A DNA stretch of 63,282 bases, the filler included, from Octopus bimaculoides (lineage: Eukaryota): the NCBI RefSeq assembly GCF_001194135.2. It is 5 parts of 5 records of this genome, joined end to end, with 100 filler letters (N's around TTAATTAATTAA, not from the genome) between each part and the next. Parts side by side here need not be neighbours in the genome. Positions count along the whole stretch, not along the records: positions 1 to 18,366 come from NC_068981.1; 4 more parts are not named here. One strand, given 5' to 3'. Made by a program: the position numbers and the translations under genes. Under the pieces are notes generated by a model that had not been told where the DNA came from, ran no database searches, and worked only from the letters and a program-made list of their open reading frames with translations. Of the stretch, positions 1-10,638 are shown piece by piece; within the stretch, counting starts at the first letter, position 1; every line of letters starts with the position of its first letter.

Positions 1-250
1 TATATATATATATATATATATAAAAGGCAGGACGTGTGTGTGTGTGTATGTACGTGAATGTAATTTACGCACGTCCACAAATTAGCACGCATATCGCTCC
101 AATTTTAGGAGGACATTCGTCACGACCCTAGCTTGGTTTTCTCAACTTATTTTTTCCCGATACATCCTCGGATAGCGGTAAAAATCGATTTTCATCCATA
201 ACTTTACCAATTTTCACGTCGGTGAAATCCGTTGTTTGCTAACATGAGTT
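1..250 (+). mobile_element. Probable Helitron 5' terminal region
   Basis: (TA)n-TAAAAGGCAG-(TG)n-TACGCACGTCCACAAATT...CCAATTTT layout, like non-autonomous Helitron 5' ends. It parallels the minus-strand element at 26330-26520 and lies upstream of a same-strand Helitron helicase remnant. Confidence 0.45.
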
Positions 251-1000
251 AAGTTCCCTGCAATGGCGACTATTATACAGAAAAACAAAGATAAACTTTT
301 TCGTTTTAGGATTTGGTTTGCAAGATTATTTATCTGAGTTCGTGTGGCCTGAAAGAAATATATATATAGTTTTAATTATGCAGAAAAACAAGGATGAACC
401 GCTCTGAAAGAAATGTATCTACAGTATACATAGAGTATATGTATATATTTAATTTTTCTATATATTTCATTTTAAATGAAATTTTGAATGTTAAATAATT
501 AATGTTGGTTTATTCAATTAGAAAACAAAAACCTAATGACGATGTAATTAGCCACCAGCACATTTTGTTTCCTAGTTTCTGCTTGTTTTAATATTTAAAT
601 TCTTTAATTGACTTTTATTTTCAGCCACAAAATTCTTATTTATTTCTGTTTATGAAATTCTCTGTACGAACTTTTGCTTTCTTGGTGGTCGAAGCAAATC
701 GATGACTTCATGCTGTAGCCGTTTCTCTTCCTATGTGATTTAAAGCATTTTTTGATATGTGGCATGTCAATATTAGAAACGAGTTCCGAACATGCTATTC
801 AAGTTCGCTGAAACTTATCTCTTGCCACTCAAAACAACAACTCAAATGGGATAAAGAGTACACGCGTCACAACAACAACAGCAAGTGTGTGTTTGTGTGT
901 GTGTGCGTGTGTGTGTGTAAACTTACAATATATCCTATTGTTAAGAAAATTTTACAGTCATTCAATAAAACTCAAATGGGATTAAGAATACACGCTTTAT

Positions 1001-1347
1001 CCGCCTAAGCAGTGCAATGGGACCTGCTTAGTAGTCAAGTCCCTGACACCCCACTTTACTGAGGCTACCATTGTTACGGGGTACAGGAAGGGGGAAAATG
1101 TTTTCATTTCAAGGATGCACCTTTATCCCTCGGGGTCAGACATGCCGTTTAACATCCGTAGATCACCATGTCCATCAATAAATCCCAAGGCCAAACGCTA
1201 TCGGTGGCAGTCATCCATTTGGAGGAGCTGTGCTTTTCACATAGGCAATTCTATGTGGCCTTCTCCCGTGTGGGGAATAGAAATGCTCTTTTTGTGTATG
1301 CTTCACAGGGCAGAACACGCAATGTTGTTTATAGCGAAGTTTTATAG
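1001..1347 (+). mobile_element. Helitron RepHel PIF1-helicase C-terminal remnant (frameshifted)
   Basis: Translates PPKQCNGTCLVVKSLTPHFTEATIVTG...ENVFISRM, then after a frameshift MSINKSQGQTLSVAVIHLEELCFSHRQFYVAFSRVGNRNALFVYASQGRTRNVVYSEVL*. These match the Helitron helicase motifs CNGTRL, INKSQGQT and HGQLYVALSR. Possible degraded 3' hairpin TCCGG/CCGGA at 1402-1420. Confidence 0.9.
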
Positions 1348-1686
1348 ACGTAGAAAGAAGAACAAGTCATCACTGCAGTTGATATGGTTATGAATAGGTG
1401 ATCCGGAAGCATTGGCCGGACGTATTCTCAAACCATGGCAGCATGACTCATTGACTCTTCCTCTTCTTTATTGGACAATGCTGACTTCTCCAACAACAAT
1501 GTTCACTCGGCTAATATTAGTGCTTGACCAAGTTGCTCATAGAGATAGGCTAGAAGGGCCAGGCCCCTTATTTTTTTGTAAAGTTTGTTGGTAAGTTTTT
1601 CTAAGTTACTTCAATCTGAATCCCCAATGCAAACCTTCGAATCAACCTTCTCCAATGCAGATCTCTAATGCAACCTTATCCAATAC

Positions 1687-1940
1687 AAATCTTTGAGAGA
1701 CATGCATGGGGTGGATGTAAGTGTTTCCAAAACGAAACTGGACATCTTACTGTCAAGTGTCCCAGATGAACCAACTTCACAGCAGGGAGTGCAGATGAGG
1801 ACAGCGGTATCAAAATCCCTCATGCACCAAAATGTCAATTTCTAAAAAGAATTAGTGAAGTAAAATTACGCAGCAACACCAAATGGCGGTGCCCCAACAT
1901 GGCCACAGTTCTTGAGATGAGACTAAATCAAATCAAATAA
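1687..1940 (+). mobile_element. CR1/L2-group LINE 3' end with short 3'UTR
   Basis: KSLRDMHGVDVSVSKTKLDILLSSVPDEPTSQQGVQMRTAVSKSLMHQ resembles CR1-group ORF2 C-termini. It is followed by GGCGGTGCCCCAACATGGCCACAGT and an A-rich tail. Confidence 0.75.
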
Positions 1941-1947
1941 TAAAAAA

Positions 1948-1993
1948 TCATGGCGCAGGCGTGGCTGTGTGATAAGTAGCTTGCTCACCAACC
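1948..1993 (+). mobile_element. SINE-A 5' head fragment
   Basis: GGCGCAGGCGTGGCTGTGTGATAAGTAGCTTGCTCACCAACC matches the SINE-A heads at 14661, 5900 and 33143. Confidence 0.75.
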
Positions 1994-1997
1994 GAAG

Positions 1998-2256
1998 AAG
2001 ATAGCATAGCTTCGTTGGATTGCTTCAAGTTTTGCCATTAATTTGACACTGGTTGGTGACAATAGCTGGGAGCAATAGTCAAAGTGGCTTCGAACAAGTG
2101 TCTTCCAGAGGACAATCATGGTTTCCCGATCTCTTGTTCTAAAAGTTCTAAGAATCCATTCGGTCAGCCGCCTGCATTTCATTGCCAACTTAGCAACATG
2201 TACATGGAAGGATGCATCATTACTCATGTAAATGCCCAGGTCTCGCACTGACTGTG
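1998..2256 (-). mobile_element. CR1/L2-group LINE ORF2 (post-RT) fragment
   Basis: ORF 1985-2248: RDLGIYMS...WILRTFRTRDRETMIVLWKTLVRSHFDYCSQLLSP...LEAIQRS matches the KDLGV / LVRPHLEYC..VWSP / LE.VQR motifs. Confidence 0.9.
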
Positions 2257-2354
2257 TCTATGGGGTTGCAATCCCCCCAGGCCCACTGTATTTAATTGGT
2301 ATTGCATTTAGTTTTGCTTGTTGATAGCACAAGGCTTGAAACTTTTCGGCATAC

Positions 2355-2546
<192 letters not shown>

Positions 2547-3132
2547 CGAGCATTAACTGTATAAAGGTCTTATACAGGTCTAGAAGATGATACACTTAAT
2601 GATTTTATTTGTAGTGGCTTCGAAGTTTTTCGAGAGAAAGGATTATTCAAACAATGAAATATAAGAGCCTGTCTTGGATTTAACCTTTTATGCAATAAAT
2701 GAGTGAGTGAAGGAATAATTTTAAAAGGAGGAAGAGATAATGTAGGATGTTTCGGCAAATGGGTGAAATTTTCTGTGATGGTGTCGAAGTTCAAGGTAGA
2801 GTGGTAGAGATTTGACAGACGTAATAAATTTGACTCTGAAAGCTTGGGGTGGAGTGATATTTTTTGCTGAATGATCAATTTTTATCTTCTTGTGCAACAC
2901 AGATGAAAGCGACTGTCAACAAGTTCACCTCAACATCCTTACGAATTTCATCAAGATTTTTTTAAGCAACCCAGTTTTTCTACTACAGTGAAGGACAGTC
3001 AAAACTAATTAATTTGCTGGATGTCACACTTAGATTAGATATTTTTTTATTATGCTCCACAACAGCAAAAGCTAACGAAACACTACAGTGCATTCATAAA
3101 TATTCTAATCACATACATAAACACTTTAATAA

Positions 3133-3340
3133 TGGTTTCAAATTTTGGCACGAAGCCAGAAATATCGAGTGAAGGGTTAAGTCAATTACATCGACCCCAG
3201 ATGCTCGACCAGTACTTATTTTATCGACTCTGGAAGGATGAAAGGCAAAGTAGGCCGAATCGGAATTTGAACATAAAGACGGATGAAATGCTGCAAACAT
3301 TTTGCCCGGCGTGCTAACGTTTCTGCCAGCTCACCACCTT
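3133..3340 (-). mobile_element. SINE-B (tRNA-headed, Meta-domain-like core), tail type 2
   Basis: Reverse complement starts AAGGTGGTGAGCTGGCAGAAACGTTAG, contains TTTGCCTTTCATCCTT..GTCGATAAAATAAGTAC and ends GCCAAAATTTGAAACCA. Many homologous copies occur in the window. Confidence 0.9.
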
Positions 3341-3436
3341 CACAAACACTCTAATAATTACAGTGTCACAAAACTTTAATTTTTTTTTTTTTTTGGTCTT
3401 TGGTCTTTACTTCTACCTAAAAAGCAAAAGAAATAA

Positions 3437-3757
3437 CTAGTATTCCCCTCAAACTTTGCTTTTGTGACCCGGGCACCAATGTTTTCAAACTGGCTTATTT
3501 TCCATTACATTTCAGACAGATTCAGCACGGAGTAGCTGAAGCAGAAATATCGTTACAGTAAATATTCTGCGCAATACCTCAGATGTGCTTGTCAGTTGCT
3601 TGACCTTAACCACTTGAGTATTTCCCTTAGTGGCTGACAATATGTGTATCTCTGATCATGAGCAGGAGTAGTTGGGGAGTATCATAGCCATGTATTGAGA
3701 GGGATTCTTCGGGGTTGGAATAAATGTAACAAAAGCAAAGTTTGAAGGAAATATTAG
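3437..3757. repeat. ~30-bp imperfect inverted repeat pair enclosing part of a dispersed repeat
   Basis: TCAAACTTTGCTTTTGT (3449-3465) is the exact reverse complement of ACAAAAGCAAAGTTTGA (3729-3745). The interior 3553-3720 is homologous to 22920-23060 on the opposite strand. Confidence 0.7.
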
Positions 3758-3949
3758 CCATTTTTCATACCTCCAAGGGATAAGCAAATAGGAAATAGCA
3801 GTTGCTACCCAAGGACAAATCGTGTTACGCAGTGTAATCTGGCTGAAAAGTATCCATTAAGTTATCTTCATGTATGCCGAATGAAACAATTAGTCGAAAT
3901 CTGTTTGAAAGCGTTTTAAAATTTTATTTATTTATCAATATCTTCTTTT

Positions 3950-4390
3950 CCGTTTTCATTTACATGTGTTATGCCTGCAGACATTGGTGATCATGTACTT
4001 CCCCTTCCTCCCTTCCCACACAGAACGTTAGCTGGTCTTTTTGAAGCCAGCAGTTAAAGTCATCAAAACTCTTTTTTCCGTGTCTTCCCCAGCTTCTTCT
4101 TTTTCTTCTTATTCGGTTATCACCAAATGCTTAAGGTTTTTTTCTTCTCATATGATGTCCAACAAAGTGAGCCTGTTGTCTCCTTTTGTTAAGTTTTCTG
4201 GTGGTCTGTGTTCCTTCAAGCATTTCGACGTTTGTCAGTTTATCTGCATTTGGCACCTTCATCATTCGTCTAGGAAACCACATCTCTACAGCATTGATAA
4301 ACTTTTGCACTTGTTAGCTGATCTTCTAGGTCGCACAATATGTGATGTTAGGTATTATGTATACCCCCTAGGACTCTTTTCCTCTCTTAT
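3950..4390 (-). mobile_element. RTE-clade LINE 3' remnant
   Basis: Minus strand reads IIPNITYCAT*KIS*QVQKFINAVEMWFPRRMMKVPNADKLTNVEML...HFVGHHMRR...KHLVITE*EEKRSWGRH...MITNVCRHNT, typical of an RTE ORF C-terminus (EMW..RR.L, GHIMR, RSRGR). Confidence 0.85.
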
Positions 4391-4883
4391 TGAGAGCTGT
4401 TTAACAGCATTATGTAGTTACAAGGCAGGCTCACATTTGTATCACGTTCTATGTAGCTAATTATCACAGTTTATAATTTTTTGGTTAATATAATTTATTT
4501 GACAAAAAAAAAATCTTTGGAGTTTATTATTTCAAGTCATACAACCTGTTAAAAGAAAATCCCTTGGTTCAAAATGCTAGTCAAAGCAGTAAACAAACAA
4601 GATAATATGCATGTAACAAAGTGGAAAATATATGTATTTCGAATTTTAGAGTTGTTTTCAGTGTTACTCATAACTGTTTTTGTCTACACAATGTAAACTA
4701 CAGACACAGTATTAAATATTTTACAACACTCAGTTGCTACATCAAAGCACAAGCTTTTCTTACTAACATTGGGCGTAGTAAAACTCAGGGCAGATTGAGG
4801 TCGTTTGAGATTGTTTTGTGTAGCAGTTAATAGGTTCTAATTTTGTTTAGTTACCAAGAAGTTTAAATATGTCATTAAACTTG

Positions 4884-4884
4884 T

Positions 4885-4935
<51 letters not shown>

Positions 4936-4942
4936 AACAACA

Positions 4943-4993
<51 letters not shown>
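4884..4993. repeat. (TAC)n microsatellite
   Basis: Seen directly in the sequence. Confidence 0.97.
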
Positions 4994-4994
<1 letters not shown>

Positions 4995-5189
4995 TTAATA
5001 TTATTATGAATTTTCTTCTTCCTTCAATCTTGTTTCCATTTCTTTCTGAGTGTTTTCTTGACACCTAGGGCAAAGAAACTCACTGTATATAAGTTGATAG
5101 GCCATTAAAGTAGACACAGCAGATTATTCATTTATAAAATCAAATAAAGTTATGTAGAAAAAAATTATTTACATGGAAGATTATCCTTC

Positions 5190-6150
5190 TCACGGTCACA
5201 ATACTTCTCTCATTGCGCGTGACGCACCAGTTAAAACAATCTTTTGCGCTTCTTGCTGGGATGGTAAGCCAGGGATCATTCTCAAATAATTTTGAGTCTA
5301 TTCTTTGATCATTTCTAATGCTACTACAACCACTGGTATTGTAACCACCTTCAAATGTCACATGTTTGCGATTTCAATGAGCAAATTCTTATATTTCATG
5401 AACTTGTAAAATCTTTTTATTGCAATATTATGATCACAGGGGATACTCATGTCAATAAACAAACTCCAAAATTGTTTTCGCTTACAATAATATCCAGTTT
5501 ATTAGCTTCGCTGGTTCTGTCTGGATATACTGGACAGTACCAAAGAATTGTTGCATTCTCTCACTCAGTTACAGCTTCAGGGTGATGTTTATACCACTTG
5601 CCAACAGTTTTGATTTTATAATACCAACATATTAACATCCAGAGATGTTTCAGTCTCATCATTGCAGTATTGGCACTTTGGATCGACTCCATTTTTCATT
5701 ACATTGAGTACTCTTTTACTTGTTTCAGTCATTTGACTGTGGCCATGCTGGAGCACCGCCTTTACTCTAGCAAATCGACCCCAGGACTTATTCTTTGGAT
5801 GCCTAGTACTTATTCTATCGGTCTCTTCCCACGCAGTAGGAATGAACCCGGAACCATGTGGTGGTTAACAAGCTACTTACCACACAGTCACTCCTGCGCC
5901 TATACTTACTACACAGCTACTCCTGCGAGGTAGTTCCGGGACAATAAGTTTTGATCTTGAGCAGCTAAGATGAAGCCTTCACTTTCTGCCTTTAGCTCTG
6001 AGCTTTCTATCCATTGATGGGTAAGCTGCTGGTCAATATCAGCTTGTTTGCTACGGGCCACATATTTGCTATGCAGAGGTTTCTGCTCCCGCCTTTGTGA
6101 TTAATTTTACTTTCTTTGCAGCAACAGTTGCTACACTTCGTTCATGCTCT
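5190..6150 (-). mobile_element. R4/Dong-clade LINE 3' part (zinc knuckle plus restriction-like endonuclease), interrupted by SINE-A
   Basis: Minus strand: KPLH..YVARSKQADIDQQLTHQWIESSELKAESEGFILAAQDQNLLSRNY | SINE | NVMKNGVDPKCQYCNDETET ... KWYKHHPEAVTE*ENATILW...DRTSEANKLDIIV. Has stops, frameshifts and a deletion. Confidence 0.85.
5709..5928 (-). mobile_element. Internally deleted SINE-A with duplicated 5' head
   Basis: Head GGCGCAGGAGTGACTGTGTGGTAAG...CTGCGTGG is fused directly to tail GAAGAGACCGATAGAATAAGTAC...GGCGGTGCTCCAGCATGGCCACAGTCAAATGACTGAAACAAGTAAAAGAG. A second partial head sits at 5904-5928. Confidence 0.9.
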
Positions 6151-6151
6151 T

Positions 6152-6231
<80 letters not shown>

Positions 6232-6240
6232 TATTATTAT
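6150..6240. repeat. (CTT)n(CAT)n(TAT)n compound microsatellite
   Basis: Seen directly in the sequence. Confidence 0.95.
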
Positions 6241-6247
6241 AATTAGA

Positions 6248-6385
6248 ATTCCGCCGAGGATGACTTTGCTTTTCATACTTTCGGGGTCGATAAATTAAGT
6301 ACCAATGAAAACCTGGAGTCGATGTAATCGACTAGTCCCTTCCCGCAAAATTTCAGATCTTGTACCTTTAGTAGAAAGGATTATT
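6248..6385 (+). mobile_element. 5'-truncated SINE-B, tail type 1
   Basis: AATTCCGCCGAGG..TTTGCTTTTCATACTTTCGGGGTCGATAAATTAAGTACC...GTCGATGTAATCGAC...GTAGAAAGGATTATT. Confidence 0.9.
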
Positions 6386-6889
6386 ATTGTTATTACTGTT
6401 TTTGTTGCATTTGCAAGTAAAAGACGTCGCTCGTAAATTATTATCGAATGTTGCTGTAAAGAGCAAAGTTGTTTTGATTTTTGTTGTACTATTTTCTTAT
6501 TAATCGAACCAGTATCCACTGAGGCTAGTTGACTAAGTGAAAATGTTGCCCTTTCGGGACGAATTTTGTAGCTTTTAACAAAAAACTTACATATCTTTTT
6601 TAATATGACGTCTCAATTCAGGAGAGGAGGTGACTCTTGGAGGAGCCATTATGAAAATTGTTTCCAATTACAAAATGTTATAGTTAACAGAAAATATAAG
6701 AATAAAAGTAGCAATGACAAGAACAACAACTTTGACACACAAGACAGAGAGAATACTGAAACTAATACATCCTCTACCACCAACAACACCACCACCAGAA
6801 GAAACTATACTACAATAAAAACGGTATACACCGAACCTTGCAAACAAAGTGGAAATGGGTTTGCAGATGTAAGCAGAAATCATAACATG

Positions 6890-7385
6890 CGCTCAGTCAG
6901 TCAAGGTAGTTCACTCGCGCGTATTTTGTAGATATTGATTCTAGAACCACTATTGCGGAAATTAAGTAGGATAAATGAGATTACGTATGATTTCAGATGT
7001 GGAAGCTCTGTGTCGATGTATGTGGACGACCGCACAGTATTAGTATCGGACACCAAACACATCGAGGTGACAGGAACAAAGATTAACCGAGATAAGTCAG
7101 AAGGAACGCAGCTCTGTACTTGGAGAGGCAGTTCATGCCATCTGACAGTGTCGTAGGACGTCGAATAGACGGACCAGTTAAATTGCTCGAGCTTTTATTA
7201 GGTCAAAATCTCCAACTGGACAAGAATTGTGACGAAGTAACGAGCAGAGTGGCCAGTCTCACTCAGAAATGGGATAAGAGGAACCTATATCTGAAAGGTC
7301 GAGCAAATTTGTCGAATGTCTACATCGTCTTCGTCATCTATTGCCACCTCACCATCTTGTCTTGCCCCGTTTCACATCTGAATAG
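6890..7385 (+). mobile_element. L1/Tx1-clade LINE reverse transcriptase remnant
   Basis: RSVSQGSSLARIL*ILILEPLLRKL...SMYVDD...KINRDKSEG.QL.TWRG / DGPVKLL...WDKRNLYLKGRA correspond to the RQGCPLSP, YADD, KIN..KS and LSLKGR motifs of Tx1 RTs. Confidence 0.85.
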
Positions 7386-7902
7386 CATAGCATTTAGTAA
7401 AAGCCCTGCATATTCAAGGTTTCTTGCTCTAAACGCGTTGAAGCTCTTAATTCCAATTCAGTGATTCTGTACATGCTGTATCACTATAGTACTATAAACC
7501 TTCACCTTTTATGAACAACTGGGTGCTTGAAGTTGATACAACATTCAAAGCAATCTGAGTTCCAATACATTTAACTCAAGAAGATTACAAAAATCAAATT
7601 GAATGACAACTATAAATGAATAGAGTTAACTCTTGTCGGATGCTAATTGATAGATTTACCATAATGATTTTCCTCTTTCGGTGCTTTAAACTAGTCATAA
7701 GACAACAAAGATTAATATTTTCTCTCATAAATAGGATAGGTTGAACGAATTAGATTATTCATAGCATTAATAATACACTATAAATTAGAGGTGTAGAGCT
7801 GTAAACCCATTGACAATCGATAATTAATATACTGTTGACATTGATAATAACTTGTTTTAAATCTCTCAGCGAGAGATATACAGTTACAGTACGGAATAGT
7901 AA

Positions 7903-8268
7903 AGTTTATTAGCCAACAGAATGTGACGGTCCAATCAAGAACGATGTTACTGTTTTTTAAGCCCCATGAAAACATCTTTTGCAGCTGGCTATCGACACAC
8001 AGTTTGTGTCCGTATAGTGTTTGCAAGGGAGGTCATCGCTCCCATCTCCAGCCTTACGTGATACTCACAGACCATGGTTTCTGAGTGTATACCTGTCCTC
8101 AGTGTGAGATAATCACTGGCTGGAGAAGGGAGCGATGACCTCCCTTGCAAACACTATACGGACACAGACTGTGTGTCGATAGCCAGCTGGAAAAGATGTT
8201 TTCCTGAGGCTTAAACAGCAGTAACATCGTCCTTTATAGGACCGCCACATTTTGTTGGCAAATAAACT
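7903..8268. repeat. Foldback: 151-bp inverted repeat arms (7903-8053 / 8118-8268)
   Basis: Hand alignment gives about 13 substitutions over 151 bp and no indels. Pairing continues imperfectly into the spacer. Confidence 0.95.
8058..8116 (-). ncRNA. Minimal type I hammerhead ribozyme motif at foldback apex (stem II degenerate)
   Basis: Minus strand: GUGAUUAU-CUCACA-CUGAGGA-CAGGUAUACACUCA-GAAA-C-CAUG-GUC^-UGUGAG-U-AUCAC. Stem I is a perfect 6 bp, the catalytic core is intact and stem III ACCAUGGU is palindromic. Confidence 0.65.
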
Positions 8269-8492
8269 GATAATTACTTACCCTATTAAATCAAATCAGG
8301 ATGAATAGACAGGTAATAAACAATTTATTGTGTACAGTTTTTGCTTTACCCTTAGACCGTTAAGTAAAACTCTAGCTCAAATAACAAGTTTATATTAATA
8401 TAGACTAATATCAACGATAAACTGTACAAATAATATTACTAATATAACACTTGACATGCTTTGACTTTGAAATTCAACAATAATTTGAATAA

Positions 8493-8556
8493 TGGCGTAG
8501 TGGTTAAGAACGCGGGCTACTAACCCCAAGATTCCGAGTTCGATTCCAGGCAGTGA

Positions 8557-8595
<39 letters not shown>

Positions 8596-8740
8596 CAACA
8601 TTGAAAAATACCTTAGGAATGAGAACCCAGGTTCGAAATTTCCCCAAGACACCTGATGAAGGCTGGAGGGTATATCAGCCGAAACGTTGTTTTAACAACA
8701 AACAAGATGAGAACAAATATCCGTCAATTGTAAATAATGT
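8493..8740 (+). mobile_element. SINE-C: tRNA-like head + (AAT)n + Penelope-like tail containing an HHR
   Basis: A-box TGGCGTAGTGG, B-box GAGTTCGATTCC, (AAT)n at 8561-8590, HHR motif at 8648-8693. Confidence 0.75.
8648..8693 (+). ncRNA. Minimal type I hammerhead ribozyme motif
   Basis: GACAC-CUGAUGA-A-GGCUG-GAGGGUAUAU-CAGCC-GAAA-C-GUU^-GUUUU. Stem II is a perfect 5 bp, stem III AACGUU is palindromic, stem I pairs 4 of 5. Confidence 0.75.
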
Positions 8741-9429
8741 AAAAAAATGTGAAACTAATTTACCTTTCATGTCACTTCGCAATAAAATGTGCAAGTGCGC
8801 GCGCGCGCGTGTATAAGATCGTGGGATTCTTTGAAAATTAAAGTATTCACTTTGGTATTGGCCTTGCTAAAATGATACTTCTATCTTTATTTATATACAC
8901 TGTGTATGAGAAAGGTTTGTCTTGCGAAAAAATATTATAATTAAATGTTTCATTTTTTTTTTCTGATACTATCTTTAAGAAACTCGATCAGCCCTGAAAA
9001 TCATTCATACATCAGCATGTCGCTTTTTGTCTTTCTGTAATATCTTTTTGCTGGTGAGCGCCATTTTTCTCTCTTGTGAAAGATTTCCTTTTATTACAAG
9101 ACCTATATCCCTATCACAACAGATACGATAGACAATTCAAATTTTAACCAACAATACTAAAACAACAATTACTAAAAACTGTTGTGCCTATCCTGAAAAC
9201 ATTAGTCTATTTATACATATACATTATGAATTAAGAACGGCAATCAAAAAGAATCACGAATGAAACAAATACGCCATCGACAAAGAAAAGAAAAAACGAG
9301 ATGAAGTAAAAATTAAGAGGAGAAAGAAGTAACTATTGTAAAACGGGTATGTTGTAATGTTATTGCGAAATTTAAATAAGGTTAATGAGTTATTTTCAGA
9401 ATTCTAATACCTATTTATGTGAACAATTG

Positions 9430-9710
9430 ACTGAAGGGAATATTGTTGCCAAAGGAGAATGTTATGGAAGACATGTAATTTTACCAAGAATTAAACTGAC
9501 ATCTGCAGACACCACACTGCCACTCACCCTTACAGGTTCCAGTTCGCGTGGTCTTCTCAGTTACAGCTAATAAGTTTCAATGTCAATCACTGAGCAAAAT
9601 AGGCCTGTTCTTCCTAACTGAACTGTTAGTGCATGGACAATTGTCAAGAACGACACAGGACGCTGCAGCTCTTGTGACAACGGCTACATAAATCAACAAC
9701 ATTGTGTAAC
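9430..9710 (+). mobile_element. Helitron helicase C-terminal remnant
   Basis: GECYGRHVILPRIKLTSADTTLP / QVPVRVVFSVTANKFQCQSLSKIGLF...HGQLSRT is a degenerate IPRI / QFPVRLAFAMTINKSQGQ / HGQLYVALSR. Confidence 0.8.
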
Positions 9711-10638
9711 TAAAGACTACCAATGCTAAAACTTGCCATTTAGTTTTCAAATTATCCACATACTCAATTCAGATAAATTTATATATACATATTTATAAAT
9801 ACTTGTATATTTGTATATTTTTTAAAATCATTATCCGTCGTCATCACCAATAACAACGATGACAGTTGCTGCTGTAACCTAAGTTATAACAATAACAGCA
9901 ATATAGATGGTAAGTATAGGAGCTTACAACCAAGGTTTAAAGAGCTAACTGAATTTCCTGATTATGTTCCATAGTATACGCATCCACTAAATTTAGTTGA
10001 AAATTCAGTGCTAAATGTTTTTAAAAAGCATTAATTTTCTTTCTATTTGTATATATTTTTTTCTACTTTTACCTACCAGTGGTATTTCTTTCCAGCTGCG
10101 TTACCTTATGGTAGAGTCATATGCTCATTATAAAAAGAATACCAGGTACCAGATGATCATCTCATGTAAATCAACAAAAGCTCTTTTGTATAGTTTTAAT
10201 GCGGTTGAAACTAAATACCAAGCTATTTGGTCCACAGATTCAAACATTGAACAAAGAGCCAAGGATCAGACTGCATGTGAAGATTATCAAAAACAAGTTC
10301 AACGCAAATAAAATCGTGTATGATTTCAGTGGTGCCAACACTTTTGATCTACTTCTTAAATCTCAAACTCCTCAGAAGTTTAAAAAAAAAACGGAATATT
10401 TATTGTCAATGTAAATAGCTCGCTTTCTGTTTAGTCAAAGAAAGTGTCAGGAAGCTTATCAACTGGAGAATCTGTGAATTTGGATTCTTTCCTTAATTTA
10501 AAGTTGTTTGTACTTGGAACCCGATTATGAAGGTGTCATCAAATCTTGTTAAATCACAGAGAAAGTCTGGAATAATATAAAGTCGATGAAAAATTTATGT
10601 ACTTTACTGAACTTCCTGAAATTTTATATTACTTATAT

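Noticed and set aside
1005-1031. CTAAGCAG/CTGCTTAG hairpin resembling a Helitron 3' end
   Set aside because: It lies inside the helicase coding frame (PPKQCNGTCLV), so it is coincidental.
8120-8152. CTGGAGA-AGGGAG..CTCCCT-TGCAAAC inside the foldback arm
   Set aside because: Two core deviations are present in both arms and there is no NUH or stem I; not called as a ribozyme.
8493-8560. Possible tRNA gene
   Set aside because: No pairing acceptor stem and a weak anticodon stem; it continues into (AAT)n and a repeat tail, so it is treated as a SINE head.
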